IMG/VR virus record: IMGVR_UViG_3300004210_000005
Coordinates: 1 to 39,001 of that record
Strand: one strand, 5' to 3'
Length of the DNA: 39,001 nucleotides
DNA from: a virus
Lineage: Duplodnaviria > Caudoviricetes
In this document: one piece after another, positions 1 through 8,994 of the stretch
Position numbering within the stretch: the stretch's first letter is position 1
Layout: each line of letters opens with the position of its first letter
Position numbers and translations under genes: made by a program
Notes under the pieces: generated by a model
The model's database searches: none
Told to the model about the DNA's origin: nothing
What the model saw: the letters and a program-made list of their open reading frames with translations, nothing else

Positions 1-91
1 TTTAGTGATATATTGGCAGATAATGATTTAATGAAATCCTTTATTTTTAGTGATAGTTCGTACATTGTAGTCGGAATTACGGAGTGTTGAA

Positions 92-631
92 ATGACAATT
101 AATATTCGCAGCAACGTTTTTGAAACAAATAGTTCTAGCTCACATAGCGTATCTTTACATTTTCCGCTAACTGTTAAAGATCAGTTGGAAACAATTGAGC
201 CTAATACAAAGGGCGAAATTCATCTAGATGGTGGAGATTTTGCATCTACTGAAATTGATGTATCTTCCCCGATAGATAAGGCGAACTTTGTTGCAGCATA
301 TATTATGGTATATGGCAGCGAAGCTCTTAAACAAAGATTTGAAGAAGTTCTATTAGAGCACACCGGAGCAAAAAAGATTGTTTATAATCTTAGATTTACT
401 TACTCTGAAGGAAAGAAGGCTAATACATTTTTCTCTCCAGAATATTCTAATGCCGAAGATTGTGGGTATTATGGTGAGTGTTACGATTCTGACGAGGATG
501 AGTCTGAAGAATCCGAAAAGAAATCAGAGCACCCAGTAGAATTTTCAAAACTTGTGAAGAGTAAAGAAAAACTAAAGGTTTTCTTATTTAGCAATAGAGC
601 AAAGATTGATTCAGAAATTTCGTATGGATAA
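92..631 (+). CDS. conserved phage hypothetical protein (FETNSSSxHS family)
   Basis: N-terminal RSNVFETNSSSSHS motif recalled from phage hypotheticals; GGAG SD upstream. Confidence 0.7.
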   Translation: MTINIRSNVFETNSSSSHSVSLHFPLTVKDQLETIEPNTKGEIHLDGGDFASTEIDVSSPIDKANFVAAYIMVYGSEALKQRFEEVLLEHTGAKKIVYNLRFTYSEGKKANTFFSPEYSNAEDCGYYGECYDSDEDESEESEKKSEHPVEFSKLVKSKEKLKVFLFSNRAKIDSEISYG

Positions 632-637
632 AGAACA

Positions 638-1390
638 ATGAGTACAAAAGATAGTTTGGGCGACCGCATGAAAACTTATGAGGGAGCTTACCGAATTGGT
701 TTGCCAATTCGAATGCCCGTCATTATTAGAATTGATGGTAAAGCCTTCCACAGTTATACTAAGGGCTGTAAGAAGCCAGTAGATGACAATCTAGTTGATT
801 GCATGAATCAAACGGCAACATATCTGTGCAAAAATGTTCAGGGATGTCAACTGGCTTATGTTCAATCAGATGAGATTTCTTTGCTACTAAAAAACTATTC
901 CTCAATCGAAACACAGGCATGGTTCGATAACAACCTTCAAAAGATGGTTAGCGTATCTGCCGGAATGGCATCTGCTGTGTTTACAAGTGTTTCTCCGCAG
1001 ATTTTCGGAGTACACAAATTAGCCATTTTCGATAGTAGGGCTTTTATACTTCCAAAAGAAGAGGTGTGTAATTACTTTATTTGGAGACAGCAGGATGCTA
1101 CAAGAAACTCCGTTCAGATGTTAGCAAGAACCTTATACTCGCACAAAGAATGTAATAACAAAAATAACTCTGAACTACAAGAATTGTGTTTCCAAAAGGG
1201 AATTAATTGGAATTTCTGTCCAATCCCTCAGAAACGAGGGCGTGCAATTGTAAAGGTTAAGACTTTTAAATCTGGAACAAACCCAATTACTGGAGAAGAG
1301 TTCAGTGCTGAGCGTTCAGATTGGGTAGTGGATAATACAATTCCTATCTTTTCAGAAGACAGAGAATACATTGATAAGCTGGTAAGATAA
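638..1390 (+). CDS. tRNA-His guanylyltransferase Thg1-like protein (3'-5' polymerase)
   Basis: RIDGKAFH, YVQSDEIS, FDSRAF and YFIWRQQDATRNS motifs of the Thg1/TLP family. Confidence 0.93.
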   Translation: MSTKDSLGDRMKTYEGAYRIGLPIRMPVIIRIDGKAFHSYTKGCKKPVDDNLVDCMNQTATYLCKNVQGCQLAYVQSDEISLLLKNYSSIETQAWFDNNLQKMVSVSAGMASAVFTSVSPQIFGVHKLAIFDSRAFILPKEEVCNYFIWRQQDATRNSVQMLARTLYSHKECNNKNNSELQELCFQKGINWNFCPIPQKRGRAIVKVKTFKSGTNPITGEEFSAERSDWVVDNTIPIFSEDREYIDKLVR

Positions 1391-1911
1391 TGGAAAATAT
1401 ATTTGGAAATGTATTCTTGGGTAGCTTCGCGGAGGTTCAAGACATTAAGCTTGGCAAATTTCCATCTTGTGTCGCGTGTCTAAGCATTGGGTCAGAGTTT
1501 ATCATGTCCGATGTTCCTTCAATTCAATTAGAAGACATATCGGATATTATTCTGCCCGACTTAAACCTTATTGGAGTAGAACATCGTCAGTTATCTTTGG
1601 TTGATGGAGAAGATAATGCCATATGTAATATTCTTCCAAAAGCATTAACCTTTATAGACGACAACGTGAAACGTGGCGATGTGTACGTTCATTGTTTTGC
1701 AGGCGTTAGTAGATCTGCAAGTATAGTGTATGCTTATATGATCTATAAAGGTATTGAACCCATGAAAGCATTTGAAAGAATGTCTAGTAAACGAGGCACA
1801 GTTCACCCGTATAGAGGGTTTGTTTCAGAAATATTAGCTTATTTCAAAGTGCCTAATAGGAATATAATCCTAAAACAATTAGACTCTGGATTGTATAAAA
1901 ACATAAGATAA
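1390..1911 (+). CDS. dual-specificity protein phosphatase
   Basis: VHCFAGVSRS = HCx5R(S) catalytic loop. Confidence 0.88.
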   Translation: MENIFGNVFLGSFAEVQDIKLGKFPSCVACLSIGSEFIMSDVPSIQLEDISDIILPDLNLIGVEHRQLSLVDGEDNAICNILPKALTFIDDNVKRGDVYVHCFAGVSRSASIVYAYMIYKGIEPMKAFERMSSKRGTVHPYRGFVSEILAYFKVPNRNIILKQLDSGLYKNIR

Positions 1912-1912
1912 T

Positions 1913-2431
1913 ATGGAAAAATTTCTAGCAAACTCTTTATCTGTTGAGTGTCCAGAGCTAACAAAAGACTGGCATCCAACACTTAATCTTCCGTTGACTG
2001 CCGAGTCTGTTTCATTTGGCTCTAATAGGCGAGTGTGGTGGAAATGTCATAAATGTGGGCATGAATGGCAAACATATATTCATCTTCGTAGACGACAGAG
2101 GACATCCTGTCCTAATTGTATTGGGAGAGTTCAGAAGTTAGAGAATTCTTTTGCCGCAGCACACCCAGAGTTAATTGAAGAATGGCACCCAACTAAAAAT
2201 CTGCCATATACTCCTTATAATGTTCCAATGTCTGGTACTAGAAGATTTTGGTGGGTATGCCCAACTTGTGAACATGAATGGGAAACTTCTCTTTGTACAA
2301 GAAGTAATGGGTCTGGATGCCCTCTTTGTGGTAAGTTTAAGAATAGACAGCCGTATTGCGACCATGATATATGGGCTAAAGAAATTAGAAAACTTGTAAT
2401 CAAACCGAAATATATACATCATGGAAAATAA
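1913..2431 (+). CDS. tandem zinc-ribbon domain protein (DUF4379-like)
   Basis: two repeats of PEL..(D/E)WHPTxN...WWxCxxC.HEW...CPxC. Confidence 0.8.
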   Translation: MEKFLANSLSVECPELTKDWHPTLNLPLTAESVSFGSNRRVWWKCHKCGHEWQTYIHLRRRQRTSCPNCIGRVQKLENSFAAAHPELIEEWHPTKNLPYTPYNVPMSGTRRFWWVCPTCEHEWETSLCTRSNGSGCPLCGKFKNRQPYCDHDIWAKEIRKLVIKPKYIHHGK

Positions 2432-3128
2432 AGAATCATTTCAAAATAGAATTCGTCCATATTTTTCTCCAACAGATCAGCTTGATATTAAATTAGCTTA
2501 TGTGCTAGCTAAGTTTGGTCATCGCGCCCAATTTAGAAAAGAAGAGGTAAATGGTAAACCATTACGATATTTTGAGCACGTAAGAAGAACTGCTATAATC
2601 TTAATGGATGATATGAAAATTATGGACCGTGATATGATTATTACATGTCTATTACATGATGCCATTGAAGATACTCAGGACTTAACTCCAGAACTATTAG
2701 AACATTCTTTTGGCAAAGACGTCGCAACAATGGTTCAGCTTTTAAGCAAAAATCCTAAAGAAGGATATCATGATAGATTGAAAAACTGCAATAATTGGAA
2801 AGTTTTGGCTATTAAAGCGTGTGATAGATTGGATAATTTACATTCTTTAATCACTTTTGGGACCACTGTAGAATTCCAAAAGAAACAAATTAATGATACT
2901 AAGGAACATTATTTTGAACTATTCGATAAGCTACTTCGATTATGTCCAGAAGCCCATATAGTTAATGTTCGGTTTATTAGAGACGAAATAAGAAGGCTGG
3001 TTGAACGATATAGTGCTATCATAGAAGTTCAAGAACTACAAGTAAAAAGCCCAGATGAAGGTCGTTGTCCTACTTGTAATTCCTATCCAAGACGTGCGTC
3101 TTGTCCAATTAAATGTGACGAAATTTAA
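2421..3128 (+). CDS. RelA/SpoT-type HD hydrolase (small alarmone hydrolase, Mesh1-like)
   Basis: H..Q.R, YFEH, LLHDAIED and KACDRLDN motifs; no synthetase domain. Confidence 0.8.
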   Translation: MENKESFQNRIRPYFSPTDQLDIKLAYVLAKFGHRAQFRKEEVNGKPLRYFEHVRRTAIILMDDMKIMDRDMIITCLLHDAIEDTQDLTPELLEHSFGKDVATMVQLLSKNPKEGYHDRLKNCNNWKVLAIKACDRLDNLHSLITFGTTVEFQKKQINDTKEHYFELFDKLLRLCPEAHIVNVRFIRDEIRRLVERYSAIIEVQELQVKSPDEGRCPTCNSYPRRASCPIKCDEI

Positions 3129-3137
3129 AATTTCGTC
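3117..3137. other. perfect inverted repeat at the end of the HD gene (possible terminator/stabilising hairpin)
   Basis: gacgaaattt-a-aaatttcgtc. Confidence 0.4.
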
Positions 3138-3162
3138 CTCAATTTAAAAAATAACGCGGGAC

Positions 3163-3191
3163 TTGACTGTTGCTGCGTGCGGACTTATATT
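3163..3191 (+). promoter_or_regulatory. sigma70-like promoter upstream of DNA ligase
   Basis: TTGACT-N17-TATATT with A-rich upstream tract. Confidence 0.65.
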
Positions 3192-3221
3192 GTCTATAAG
3201 CGGAGGCTATAGTAAGGAAAT

Positions 3222-5093
3222 ATGTTAAATAATCGTATTCAAGATTTGGTTGTTAAGATTAACCAAGCAAGGCTTGACTATTATAACGGTCAACCAACAG
3301 TGTCAGATAAAGTATATGATGCTTGGTGTGATGAACTACGACTATTAGATCCTAACAATACCGCTGTAACAGCGGTTGGCGCTCCGGTCGCATCTGCTTG
3401 GCTTAAAGCTAAGCATCAAATTCCTATGGGCTCTTTGAATAAGGTGAATACTCCAACCGAGTTTTCTAAGTGGACAAATGATGTTGCTGATAAAGAAACA
3501 CTTTTTGTCACACAGAAACTAGATGGTCTTTCTATTGAGCTGATTTATGAAAACGGAACGCTAATTCAAGCAATCACCCGTGGTGATGGTGATGTTGGCG
3601 AGGATATTACGATAAATGTTAGGAAGATGGATGGTGTTAAGTCTCAACTTCCAACTACATTCAACGGCTCGCTTCGTGGCGAGATTATCATGTTGAAGTC
3701 AAAACATCGGAAGCATTTCTCGGACAAAGCTAATCCTCGCAATGCTGCATCGGGCGTTTCTAAGAGGCTTGATGGTGTTGGAGTTGAGCATCTATCTATT
3801 ATTTTCTATCAAGCATTGGGCGATGTGGATTTCAAGACTGAAGTTGAACAATTCGAATGGCTAAAGGCTCAAGGCATTATTATTCCGGATTATTGGATAT
3901 TTAAGAATGCTAGTGAAGTTAATCTACACTGGAGAAATTATCAAGACACTGATCGAGATAAACTAGATTACGATATTGATGGTTTAGTAATTCATATCAA
4001 TGATATGGCTAAACAAATGTCTTTAGGTGATAAAGATATGCGTCCATTAGGAGCTATCGCATTCAAGTTCGATAATGAGACTCGCGAATCTATTATTCGT
4101 GATATTATCTGGCAAGTTGGCAATAGTGGTCGTTTGACTCCTGTTGCAGTAGTTGATCCGGTATCATTGGTTGGTGCGACAGTCACTAGAGCCAGCATCT
4201 ATAATATGTCTTATATTGAAGAGCTAAGTCTTGATATTGGTGCAACAGTGTTGGTTGCACGAGCAAATGATGTGATTCCGCGAATTGAAGAATTGGTCAA
4301 GGGAACTGGCAAGGTAGCTATTCCTCCGACACACTGTCCATCTTGTGGTGGTATTGTTGTAATGATTGGTGAAAATCTTACATGCACGAACTCTGCCACT
4401 TGTCCTGCGCAAGTGATTGGTCGTATCAAGAATTGGGTTAGCGATTTGAATATCCTTGAGTGGGGCGATACCTTAATTGAAAAGTTAGTTGAAGCCAAGA
4501 AAGTAACGACTGTTGCTGATTTGTATACATTAACAGTTGCCGATTTAGCCGGAATTGATAGAATGGGGCAAAAGTCTGCGCAGAAATGTTATGATAGTCT
4601 GTGGAAGAATAGTGAGGTGACTTTAGACGTTTTCATTGGCGCACTAAGCATTCCTATGATTGGTTCAACAACTATTCGTCAGATCATGAATGCTGGTTGT
4701 GATACATTAGAAAAATTTGGGCAGCTCGGTGCTGCACAATTTGAGATGGTTCCCGGTGTTGGTCCGTCTAAAGCAGATTCTCTTGCTAATGGACTTTTGC
4801 AGAATCAAAAAGTTATTCTCGCACTACTTGATAATGGCGTTAAGATTAAAGCTAAAGTTGTTGGTAAGATGAGCGGATCATCCGTTTGTTTTACTGGTTC
4901 TATGAAGAATAAGAGACCAGTACTAGAAAAGATGGCGTCTGATGCTGGTGCTGATGTTAAGTCTTCTGTTGGAAAAGGCTTGACTTATCTTGTGATTGCA
5001 GATCCTAATAGTACAAGTTCTAAGGCAGTTGCAGCAAGAAAAATGGGGACAGTGCTTATTTCTGAGGATGAGTTCTTAGATAAGGTTCAATAA
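3222..5093 (+). CDS. ligA: NAD-dependent DNA ligase
   Basis: KLDG adenylation motif, TRGDG..GEDIT, RGE, NPRNAASG, DGLV, Zn finger, HhH repeats, C-terminal BRCT. Confidence 0.96.
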   Translation: MLNNRIQDLVVKINQARLDYYNGQPTVSDKVYDAWCDELRLLDPNNTAVTAVGAPVASAWLKAKHQIPMGSLNKVNTPTEFSKWTNDVADKETLFVTQKLDGLSIELIYENGTLIQAITRGDGDVGEDITINVRKMDGVKSQLPTTFNGSLRGEIIMLKSKHRKHFSDKANPRNAASGVSKRLDGVGVEHLSIIFYQALGDVDFKTEVEQFEWLKAQGIIIPDYWIFKNASEVNLHWRNYQDTDRDKLDYDIDGLVIHINDMAKQMSLGDKDMRPLGAIAFKFDNETRESIIRDIIWQVGNSGRLTPVAVVDPVSLVGATVTRASIYNMSYIEELSLDIGATVLVARANDVIPRIEELVKGTGKVAIPPTHCPSCGGIVVMIGENLTCTNSATCPAQVIGRIKNWVSDLNILEWGDTLIEKLVEAKKVTTVADLYTLTVADLAGIDRMGQKSAQKCYDSLWKNSEVTLDVFIGALSIPMIGSTTIRQIMNAGCDTLEKFGQLGAAQFEMVPGVGPSKADSLANGLLQNQKVILALLDNGVKIKAKVVGKMSGSSVCFTGSMKNKRPVLEKMASDAGADVKSSVGKGLTYLVIADPNSTSSKAVAARKMGTVLISEDEFLDKVQ

Positions 5094-5172
5094 TGTGTCG
5101 GACGCGTAGCAAACAATAATCACAAATAAACTGTAAAAATAGGCAATCTCTAATATATTATTAGAGGTTCAC

Positions 5173-5556
5173 ATGCGTTATTCTAAAATAGAAAGCGAAA
5201 GAACTTCTGATAAAACCGAAGGAATAATACAAGATGAAGAGATTGTATTTGTTGAGGAAGAAGATGAAATTACTGAGAAGATTCCTATCGAGAAGTTTTG
5301 TCAGATCAACAATGCCCCATTAATTTTCGACGATCCTGCTGCGATTGTTCGAATCCTATTATTACGTGCCAAGCCTGATTATGTTACCTATTATGGTTCA
5401 AAGATTTATTCAATCTTTATAAGAACTGAAAATAATGAGTCGTGGTTTGGTGTGCCTGTTAAAAATCCGAATGTAGGTCTTATGCGATGGGAGAAGTCTC
5501 ATTGGGATAAGATTTATGGATTCTCTTTATCCATGACTATGCACGAAGATACTTAA
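5173..5556 (+). CDS. hypothetical protein
   Basis: ORF with GAGG SD; no recognised motif. Confidence 0.6.
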   Translation: MRYSKIESERTSDKTEGIIQDEEIVFVEEEDEITEKIPIEKFCQINNAPLIFDDPAAIVRILLLRAKPDYVTYYGSKIYSIFIRTENNESWFGVPVKNPNVGLMRWEKSHWDKIYGFSLSMTMHEDT

Positions 5557-5623
5557 TTTCACTCGCTTTTTACTTAAACACCCACCGTCATGCCCGATAT
5601 ATCTTGACAGAGGGTGTAGAGCT

Positions 5624-6199
5624 ATGAATAAAATTATTTTTACGCCGGAAGATCTGAAAAAATGTATTGAATTTTCCGAGCAAGTTGATACGAGTTTGTA
5701 TTCCAAAAGAAACCAATGGGATGCAGATAAAAGAAAAGCAGACTCTAAAATTGGAAAACTTGGAGAGTTGGCGGTTTACTATTCTCTAAAAGATAAATAC
5801 CCAAACATTTCATACCCTGATTTCAAAATCTATCCTGCAAAACAAAAGTCATGGGATTTTGATTTAAAGGATGAAAAGTTTAATCTTCATGTTAAGACGC
5901 AGGAGTCATTACAGGCTTCAAAATTTGGAGAATCTTGGATTTTCCAATATGGAAATGGAAAGAATAGGCATTATGATAGGGAGATATTTGATCGTACCAG
6001 TCCCAATCAGTATATTGCTTTCGTAAAGGTAAACTTCATGAAGCAAGAGGGCGAAGTGCGAGCAATTGTGTCTCTTGATATGTTGCACGAGAATAAACTG
6101 TTTGCTTTACCAGTTTTAGAAAAACTTCAAGTGGCTAATAAATTAGCCGTGTATTATAAAGACTTAGAGAAGTTTGCTAATGATTTATGGCAATTATAA
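5624..6199 (+). CDS. putative PD-(D/E)xK restriction-endonuclease-like protein
   Basis: GKLGE helix followed by DFD...LHVK, resembling the E..D..(D/E)xK arrangement. Confidence 0.5.
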   Translation: MNKIIFTPEDLKKCIEFSEQVDTSLYSKRNQWDADKRKADSKIGKLGELAVYYSLKDKYPNISYPDFKIYPAKQKSWDFDLKDEKFNLHVKTQESLQASKFGESWIFQYGNGKNRHYDREIFDRTSPNQYIAFVKVNFMKQEGEVRAIVSLDMLHENKLFALPVLEKLQVANKLAVYYKDLEKFANDLWQL

Positions 6200-6373
6200 A
6201 TGGATTATGTAAATTGTCCTAAATGTGATACAGAATATAAAGTGACTTGGGGCGATGAAAATATGGATATAGACTGTAAGTGTGGTGCAAAGTTAGTAGT
6301 TGTATATGATGAATATTATGACGAAGAAGCCAATGAAGAATATAGTTATTGGTGGTTAGAAGAAAGAAAATGA
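6200..6373 (+). CDS. small acidic zinc-ribbon protein (57 aa, not in ORF track)
   Basis: manual translation MDYVNCPKCDTEYKVTWGDENMDIDCKCGAKLVVVYDEYYDEEANEEYSYWWLEERK; abuts upstream stop and overlaps the methylase start (ATGA). Confidence 0.7.
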   Translation: MDYVNCPKCDTEYKVTWGDENMDIDCKCGAKLVVVYDEYYDEEANEEYSYWWLEERK

Positions 6374-7170
6374 CAATAACCCCATTTCGATATCCTGGTT
6401 CAAAAAATAAACTACTACCAGTCTTAATGGAGCATATAGATCGTGCTATGATTGGGCATGATAGTTTTGCTGACGTGTTTGTTGGGGGTGGGTCAGTATT
6501 ATTAGAGGTGGCTCAGAAGTATCCAAATATACAGTTATATGCTAATGATAAAGATTATTGGGTATATTGTTTCTGGAAGGTTGTTTCAGATGTATATTCA
6601 ATACCCTACTTAGACCTGCTCAACCTGATTGACCACCCGCCGACTCTGGAGCATTTTTATAAGTTGCGCGAGGAACAGACGACAGACGAGGTGCGATGCG
6701 CTTACAAAGCAATTTTTTTCAATCGCACGACGTTCTCAGGAATCTTTTACAGTGGTCCAATAGGCGGCAAAGAGCAAAAAAGTGCTTATCCAATTGGGTG
6801 CAGATATAATAGCAAGAAGCTACGCGCAAAGATTGGTAAATGTAGGGAGTTATTAATGGGAAGAACCATAGTAACTAACAAACATTTTGCGGAGTATGAT
6901 CAGCTATATAATGATGCTCCAATGTATCTGGACCCTCCTTATTACAAGAAGGGAGACTCTTTGTATATAGAGAAGATGACTCCGGGTGACCATTTTGATT
7001 TGGCGGTATTATTGTATCAGCGCAAGAATTGGGTATTATCTTATGATGACTGTGATGAGGTTAGAGAGCTATTTGGCGCTCATGAGATTGTAGATTTATC
7101 AGCCAGATACTGTATTAATGGGAAAAAAGATAAGTGGGAACACAAAAACGAATTTATTATTCTTCCATGA
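6370..7170 (+). CDS. DNA adenine methyltransferase (Dam/D12 class)
   Basis: FRYPGSK, DVFVGGGSV (motif I), YLDPPY (motif IV); ATG 6370 preferred over TTG 6349. Confidence 0.9.
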   Translation: MTITPFRYPGSKNKLLPVLMEHIDRAMIGHDSFADVFVGGGSVLLEVAQKYPNIQLYANDKDYWVYCFWKVVSDVYSIPYLDLLNLIDHPPTLEHFYKLREEQTTDEVRCAYKAIFFNRTTFSGIFYSGPIGGKEQKSAYPIGCRYNSKKLRAKIGKCRELLMGRTIVTNKHFAEYDQLYNDAPMYLDPPYYKKGDSLYIEKMTPGDHFDLAVLLYQRKNWVLSYDDCDEVRELFGAHEIVDLSARYCINGKKDKWEHKNEFIILP

Positions 7171-7174
7171 TTGA

Positions 7175-7504
7175 TTGGACTTGCGTAAACTAATGCCTAG
7201 CACTAAAGAATTCGAAGAGGAAGATACTTCTCAATGTGTTTTACTTGAGTCTAATGGCGCTCTGATTACCGTAGATTATATGGATAATTATACAATAGAA
7301 ACTGATGAATTTTGGGTGCATATAAATTGTGATTTTAATCCAGGCATAGATATCAAGCATAAAAAATCTGGACGCGCTATGTGGCGTTTTGACACCAAAA
7401 CATTCTATGACATAACAAATATGCCAAAACCAGAGGAACTGACTGGTGCAGAACAAATAGATAGAATTTTGAATAGATTTTTTAATTTGAGGGCATTTTT
7501 ATGA
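7175..7504 (+). CDS. hypothetical protein with C-terminal LxxFx tag
   Basis: ends RFFNLRAFL; true start may be ATG 7193. Confidence 0.65.
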   Translation: MDLRKLMPSTKEFEEEDTSQCVLLESNGALITVDYMDNYTIETDEFWVHINCDFNPGIDIKHKKSGRAMWRFDTKTFYDITNMPKPEELTGAEQIDRILNRFFNLRAFL

Positions 7505-7797
7505 CATATGATGAGTTTGAAAACAAGAATCTGTTTAAAAGCCCAGATATTTCTATTGATATTTCTATGGAGTATAGAAATTACATAATAAATATAAAAG
7601 AATATTGGGTATATTGGTATTTTTCTGGAACGGTCATAATCATCAAAGATCATAATAATCTACTTGAATTTCATCAACTGCCTATTGATTTAACGTTATT
7701 TGGTATAACTGGCGAAGACATAAAACACATAAATGTAAATCCACATGAAGTAGAGCGTAGAATTAAAAAATTATTATCTTTAAGGGCGTTTTCATGA
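7501..7797 (+). CDS. hypothetical protein with C-terminal LxxFx tag
   Basis: ends KLLSLRAFS; ATGA coupling at both ends. Confidence 0.7.
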   Translation: MTYDEFENKNLFKSPDISIDISMEYRNYIINIKEYWVYWYFSGTVIIIKDHNNLLEFHQLPIDLTLFGITGEDIKHINVNPHEVERRIKKLLSLRAFS

Positions 7798-8003
7798 AGA
7801 ATGATGAATTATACGAGATGATTGATTATCAAATTAGAGAACAAATTTCTAAAGAGCTAAAATCTCTTTCTCCAGAAGAGAAAGATTGCTTTTATGATAT
7901 TAAAGAACGATATCAAGAACTTTATGCGCGATATTATCAAGAATATATAGATGATTCTTTTGATGAATTATGCGACTCTATAGAAATTTCAGATACTTGG
8001 TAA
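7794..8003 (+). CDS. hypothetical protein
   Basis: short acidic ORF, ATGA-coupled to the upstream gene. Confidence 0.6.
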   Translation: MKNDELYEMIDYQIREQISKELKSLSPEEKDCFYDIKERYQELYARYYQEYIDDSFDELCDSIEISDTW

Positions 8004-8006
8004 ACC

Positions 8007-8366
8007 ATGACACCAAATAGTGTATTTAATTCTGATCCTTCAGATTTTGTAATTTATAATAGAAACAACATTGAAGTTGTTGAAGATTATGTTGGTAATT
8101 TTATTATTAGAACGAAAAAATACGTCCTATGTTTTTGGTGTACTGATGGCATGACATTCTTTAAGAAAAAAAGAGGGCAATTAAAGCCTTCGGATTATAT
8201 TGAATATCAAGGGGTAACGACCAGTGGCAATTATGAAGATACAGTTCTTATTGGTAAAATGCCTCATCCTTTTATGGATAAGTTAATGAATTATAAAGAG
8301 CTTAAATCTGATAAAGATATAGATGATATTGTAGAAAGATATTTCAATTTAGTGGTATTTTCATGA
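8007..8366 (+). CDS. hypothetical protein with C-terminal LxxFx tag
   Basis: ends RYFNLVVFS. Confidence 0.7.
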   Translation: MTPNSVFNSDPSDFVIYNRNNIEVVEDYVGNFIIRTKKYVLCFWCTDGMTFFKKKRGQLKPSDYIEYQGVTTSGNYEDTVLIGKMPHPFMDKLMNYKELKSDKDIDDIVERYFNLVVFS

Positions 8367-8668
8367 TTTTATTCAATTTATTAGCTATATTTGGTTTAGC
8401 ATTTCTAATAAAAGAATCGGATGGTCCGTGGGGCATTATGGCTTGGATTAGAAACAGACTAATGACTAATAAATATGTAGGAGTTTTCTTCTACAAGTTA
8501 TTTGATTGTTATTTTTGCGTTGGATTCCACTGCGGCTGGATCGTGTATCTGCTACAGGCGGAAAAACTGCAATGGAATTTTTTAATTTTGTGGGGGCTTG
8601 CGGGTGGAATTTTCAGCCTTATATTAGACGCAGCGCTGATGCGATTGTATTCTCAGCGCGGTGATTAG
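8363..8668 (+). CDS. small membrane protein (DUF1360-like)
   Basis: hydrophobic segments; DGPWG...LFDCYFCVGF CxxC motif. Confidence 0.6.
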   Translation: MILFNLLAIFGLAFLIKESDGPWGIMAWIRNRLMTNKYVGVFFYKLFDCYFCVGFHCGWIVYLLQAEKLQWNFLILWGLAGGIFSLILDAALMRLYSQRGD

Positions 8669-8674
8669 GGTATG

Positions 8675-8848
8675 TTAGTTTCCAATCTGTTCAACTTTGT
8701 TAGATTGTTCTTGAATTTTACTATCAACTTTTTCACCAAAGATTTTAAATCCAGCAAGTGCTACAAGTGCTATTACTCCGACCAAAATTATATATTCAAC
8801 TAGGTTGGCTCCGAGATTGTCTTTTATCAATTTATTAAGCTTTTGCAT
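8675..8848 (-). CDS. flp: Flp/Fap (Tad) prepilin, 57 aa, not in ORF track
   Basis: manual translation MQKLNKLIKDNLG|ANLVEYIILVGVIALVALAGFKIFGEKVDSKIQEQSNKVEQIGN; G(-1), E(+5)Y(+6), hydrophobic helix; AGGAG SD upstream. Confidence 0.88.
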   Translation of the reverse strand: MQKLNKLIKDNLGANLVEYIILVGVIALVALAGFKIFGEKVDSKIQEQSNKVEQIGN

Positions 8849-8994
8849 GGTTACTCCTATACAGATGTCTTATAATTAGTTTGTCGAGAAATAGTTTCTA
8901 TTCTAGTATTCATATATAACTTCGAAAGAAGAGTCGGTCGATAAAATCAATAAGACTATAAATAGTCGTCAGAACAGATAAAAGGACCTATAAA

